From NCBI RefSeq assembly GCF_009914755.1, contig NC_060940.1: a stretch of 64,000 nucleotides of DNA; one strand, 5' to 3'. Shown piece after piece: positions 58,969-64,000 of this stretch. The stretch's first letter is position 1; every line of letters starts with the position of its first letter. This DNA comes from the human T2T-CHM13v2.0 reference genome, Homo sapiens. The notes beneath the pieces are model-generated. The model had not been told where the DNA came from, did no database searches, and saw only the letters and a list, made by a program, of their open reading frames with translations. The position numbers and the translations under genes were made by a program.

Positions 58969-61900
58969 GTGTGTTCAGAATCTAAGGACTAATCTAAGGA
59001 AGATGGGGCCGTTACAATGTGGGAGCTGGGATTCTCTGAGATCCAGTTAGCTCTGAGGAGGGTGCTGGTAGGGTGGGACGTATGAGACTGAGCCCATACG
59101 ATGGAAGTGCTGAGGAAAGACAGAGCTGTTAAACCTCTGTCTTTGGGAGAAGAGTCTAAGAACTTGGCTGTAACTGTGGACCCCAAGAACACAGCTGTGG
59201 GGGCGCTACAACTAGGAGATGTAGAGAAACTCATCCATCTATCCATCCAGCCAGTACTTCCCATCACTCACTATGCACTGAGCATGTTGGATGCATGGAA
59301 CAATTGAACAGACATGGGTTCTGCCTTCTTGGAGTTCAAAGACTGCACCTGAAATTAAAGGTGGGATAGCTGATGCTTTATTCATGGGTTAACTCTTCAT
59401 AGAGAGAAATAAGCACCTTACTGCGTCCTTTACCCTGAAAACCCACCTTGGAGAGTCTCTTGGCACGGCCAACCCAAGTTGGTCCAGCCCTGAGCAACTG
59501 GAGAAAGAAGCAGATTTAGCTTCAGAAGGTAGGTGGAGACTGTTGGAGCAGCCCAGGCTTGGGGCAGTGGGATAGTCTGAGGCGTTGTTCCTACTTGAGG
59601 TTTCCCCAGTTGCCTTACGGGTAGTCACTTATCACACTCCTGGGGATAGGTAACATTCTATGGTGTGTGTGAGCTTGCTGTGCTTGTGTGGGATGCCTTT
59701 GCAAAGTCCATCTAAGCCCAGGTCAAGGAAGGTGCAGGGGTCCTCGATGGAAACAATTGTCAGCTCATTATGGAAACTACTCTGGGGACAAGGGCCAAAT
59801 GGAAATGATGAGGATTCTCTGTGCCAGGCCAGCTTTCTCTCTAGCAGTCCCTCCCTGAGCTGTCTGAGATACAGGCTTACCAGTGCTCAGATCTCTATTG
59901 GTGAGAATCAGGGGCTTGCCTCCCCTCCAAATTTGTCACCAGCATTGTCTTCACTCTATGATGAATAATTACAGCAATGATAAATAGTATTAATGATAGT
60001 AATAAACTCTGTTTATTGACGCCCTTCTACCGCTAGTCACTTTGTATTACTTCCTTGAATCTCAAGCTTGGCACTGCCTCTTCTTGCAGGTGACACCATG
60101 GAGCATCAGGAATGAGAATGTGCAGGAAACAATATGATGAATTAATTGAGTGCTTGCTACATGTCAGGCACCACGCTTACTGCTTTAGATTGCTAGATCT
60201 TTCAACAAACCTATCACTTAGGCAGCATTAGTAGCCCCATTGTGTCAAAGGACTGAGTTTTAGAAAGGTTGAGTAGCACAGCGAAGGTCACACAGACAAG
60301 GACACGGCAGAGCAGACATTGAATGCAGCAGCCTGGCCTCAGAGCCTATCCACACAATAACTACACTACACCGCCAGTAACATGCCAGTCTAGAACGTTC
60401 TGCAGGAGGACTAAGCTAAGGCCATCAACAGCTTTGACATTTTGTGCAGAAAGTCAGTGCCATGGCAGGGCCCAGAATTCCACTGAGAAAGGAAAGTCTG
60501 CCTTACATAGAAGCAGTGATTCTTTGGGGCTTCTAAAGGATGCCTGGGCTCCAGTTCTCTGCCTTTCTGGGAGACACAAGGACATGGATCACATACAAAG
60601 TGAGTTTGGTCATCCAGACCACCTTCCTGTTCCCTGCATTCCTCCAGGAAATGATGCTGATTGGCAGTTAGGGCAGAGAGTGGGCTAAGCAACTGAGCAC
60701 TGGCTAGTAGGTCAGCACCTAGGAGGGGCTGCCCTTGACAATGCTGTGAGCGTGGTGTAAATCCTGAGAAAGCTAGACCTGGTGAACTTCTTTTTCAAAA
60801 CTGAAGGCTGCACGTTCATTTCTATTTTGTGGCATGCAAAGCAGGTTCACATTCATTAGCTCATTGAATTTGAACCTCAAAAAATAAGTCCTGGTAAGCA
60901 AGCAAAGCAGAAACTATTATCCCCAACTCCAGTGGGCAGATATTGTCATTCCCATGCTATAGATAAAGAGAGTGGATTTTGATGTGCTGAGGTCATTGGT
61001 CCAAGGTCACACAGTTCTGTAGTGATGGACCAGCAGTCTCTGTAGTCCAAAGTTTACATTGCAAAGCATTAGACCCCACTGGCTCCCTACAACAAATACC
61101 TTCCCATTGTTGGCTCCATGCGCTGCACCTGCTTCCTCCTGTGTCCTCAGTAGCTGTCACCATATAAGTAAGACACATAGTAGTTGCTCAGTGTGTTCAT
61201 TCAATGTATTGATGGATGGATGAGTGGGTGGATTTTCTGCCTCAAGATACAATCATGACTTAGATGACATAATAATGGAGTGAGTCTGCCTCTACCTACT
61301 AAGATCTAGTAAAAATCCATCAGCTGCTGCCCTGAAGTTTGTACAGGTACCATAGCAGTCTAAATGCATTGACTTCTCTGTACTCACCCTAAAATTCTCT
61401 CTCCTTCATTATTAATATTTTTTCTTTTTTTGAAAAATAACTACGCACTATGTAATTTAATTTCAGTAAACCCATAGGAAGCGCCTATTATCATCCCTAT
61501 TTCATAGATGAGAAAATTGAGGCCCAGAGAGGTGAAGTAACTTTCCCAGGTTCACACTGTTGCTCAGTGGCAGAGCTGAGATCCTAATTATGATCTGTCT
61601 GTTGCTGAAGATCACAGTCCTAGTCAGGTTATACTGATTTTCTGCCAACAGTGGTTCTATCGAGATTGTTCAGAGGAGCATAGGGTGTTTGCAGCTTCAG
61701 GGAGCCTGACCATACAAAGCTCACCTTGTAAAATCAACCCTTGCAACTTCCACCTTCCCCCACACCAATAAAGGAGGAGGAAGCCAGCAGAGAGATCTTG
61801 CTTTGCTTGTCAAGAAGCTTCGGATTAGAAAGCTAGTTAACAATTCATCTAAAATGAGCAGAGGATTCCAAGCATATCCAAATTAATATTTATAGAGGGA

Positions 61901-62579
61901 ATGCTTGCTCAGACCCAATTATTCTGAGGGCCTAGAAGCTGAGCACAAGTGGTGCATAAAGGGAGGGAGTACGGATGCCAGGGGAAGCTAGCCCTGGGGA
62001 CTGTTGCCAGGATGCTGTTAGGTGCCAAACATGGGGCATCAGTGAGGCCTGGGGAGTGAACAAGCAGGTGTCTCACCCCACAACTGTTTATTTACAGCTA
62101 AGCACTAGGCTTCACCATAGCTTTAATTCTCCTCTTCAGCACAGGATATGGGCAGAGCTCACCTTTGCAGAGGCCTACAGTGATTGGGCAATAAGGAAAT
62201 TTGTAGATGGGCCAGATGGAGACTCTGGAATCTGGGGATAAGGCACCACCACTTCTGGCCTCCTGTTCATAACTGCCAGGGGGAACAGAGGCCTGGCCTG
62301 GTTTGCCAGATTTCTTTGTATAGAAAATTCAAATGTTAATATAAAATCTCCATAGCAGCAAATTGTCATTTTCAAATAGTGAGAGGGTCCAACAAAGCAT
62401 GCCCACGTCAGTTTTGGCCCCCACACTGCCGCAGGTCAGAACCTCTGGTCTAGAGGCTGGAGTCTGAAATTATTTCCACTGGCTTTGACGAAGTCCTGCC
62501 ATTTTTGCCGTATAGAATTCTTCCAGCACTGGCTTAATATCAATCCATCTTTGATGGTATTTCTCCAGGTTCTAGCCTA

Positions 62580-63715
62580 CTCAGCCCATTACAATCATAG
62601 AACCTGGAGTTCCCTTTAAAACTCTCTACCCACCACTGAAAGGAAGAAAAAATAGTCTCAGTTATTATTCCCAAGACTTTAATGTCACCATGAGAATATT
62701 CTCCCTCCAGCCGCCTACTCAATGACACTCATTTATAGGTCTCTGATCTCTAAATCTCTCTCCTATTCCTCTTCCACATAACACCAGTGGGAACTTTAGA
62801 AAATTCAAATCTGATTGTATGATTCTTCTGTTCAAAACCCTTCAAAGACTCCCCATTGCCTTCCTGAAAAAGATCAGCCTCCTTAGAATGGTGGTTAAAG
62901 TCCTACACGATCTGGCCGTAGGATGTCTCTTCCACTTTATCTCCTACCACCTCTAGCCTTGCAGTCTATAACAATGAGAAATGTTTATTTGAAAGCAACA
63001 GAAAATGTCTCTGAGTAACCGAAGCAGAGTAGGAAACCACTGTCTTCCAGCTCTAACCATCACCATCGTCAGTTGCCTGGATCTTAGCTTCTCCAATTGC
63101 CCAATTCAGTCTGTTTTCAATATAATAGAGAGATCATTTTAACCTTGAACCAATCTATGTTTCTCTCCTGCTTAAAACCTTCCAAGGACTTCCTATTTCA
63201 CCAAGAATAAAAATGAAATCTTTATCACGATTTACAATAACTAACATTTATTGAGTACTTACATACCAGACACTTTTCTAAGCACTTGAGCTTGACATAT
63301 CTTAATATGTCAAACCACTTTGTGGGGTAGGTTTTGTAAGTAGCCTCATTCAATGGATGAAAACACTGAGGCATCGAGAGGTCTGTTACTTTGACCAGCG
63401 GCTCATAGCTGGAAGGTAGTGAATTTGAAAAGATAGGCTGACTCCAGAGCCCAAGATTTCATCCACTAAACTGCACTCATATGCTGCCTGTTGTTTTCTG
63501 ACATCATGCCCTTTCACTCTGCTCCAGACTAACTAATCTCATTACTGTTCTTCAAATGTGTTGTGTTCATTTCAACCTCAGCGTCTTTGATCCTCCTATT
63601 TCTCTACCTAGAAATCCTTCCAGGCAACTCTATATGGCTCCTCCCTGGACTTTCTGTCTTGACTAGCACCTCTCCTCCTCTAAGAGGTTATCTCCCTAAA
63701 CCACATCCGTTTTCT
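62580..63715 (+). mobile_element. L2 remnants with an embedded antisense MIR (~63235-63480)
   Basis: TCAAAACCCTTCAAAGACTCCCCATTGCC; CTCCTGCTTAAAACCTTCCAAGG; MIR AACATTTATTGAGTACTTAC...GATGAAAACACTGAGGC. Confidence 0.7.
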
Positions 63716-64000
63716 CCAAAGCACTAAGTCAATGGAAAGGTGGGGAGGGGAGTAGTTTGAAAAGGGCAGGAACCAAAGAGCTTTGGGAGATCCTTGTGGT
63801 AGGTGCCAATGGAGTTACTCCAGGTTGCTCACTAGAATGAATTAGCTCTTTTAAGGTTTCCATCTTTAATAAGCGAAGTCCAAGGAGAGATAAATTCCTG
63901 TTGGCATACTCTTGATCATGTATCTCATTGTTGGCTAAGGTAGAGTGAGGCATCTTTTTTGACAACCAGGGCAACTGATACCTTGGTTCAAGTTGGAGAA

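Overview
This is human-type non-coding genomic DNA: two essentially consensus AluYa5 insertions, a human-specific subfamily, are present. It is intronic or intergenic, and I can support no protein-coding exon, RNA gene or CpG-island promoter. The window is mostly interspersed repeats: a near full-length ancient L1MC-type LINE (~2.4-10.97 kb) with nested insertions, about 20 Alus, solo LTRs (LTR1/LTR28-like, THE1D, MSTB, MLT1A, MLT2A1, MLT2D, LTR16A), MER1A, MADE1, and many MIR/L2 remnants. Four structures stand out. (1) A ~735-bp, ~98.6%-identical inverted duplication (16135-16868 / 17787-18529) surrounds a 918-bp spacer; its left arm is a copy of an Alu plus 437 bp of upstream flank inserted into a MIR. 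(2) A 2.2-kb degenerate (GGAT/GGGT)n array contains a ~900-bp tandem duplication and is bracketed by the two same-orientation AluYa5 elements. (3) A four-monomer Alu sits under a single 16-bp target-site duplication. (4) A candidate POU-factor enhancer lies near 39.1 kb. The 714- and 724-aa ORFs are repeat artefacts. Subfamily names were assigned by eye from recalled consensus sequences and need RepeatMasker/Dfam confirmation; boundaries of old repeats are approximate. I found no convincing new gene system; the novelty here is structural.
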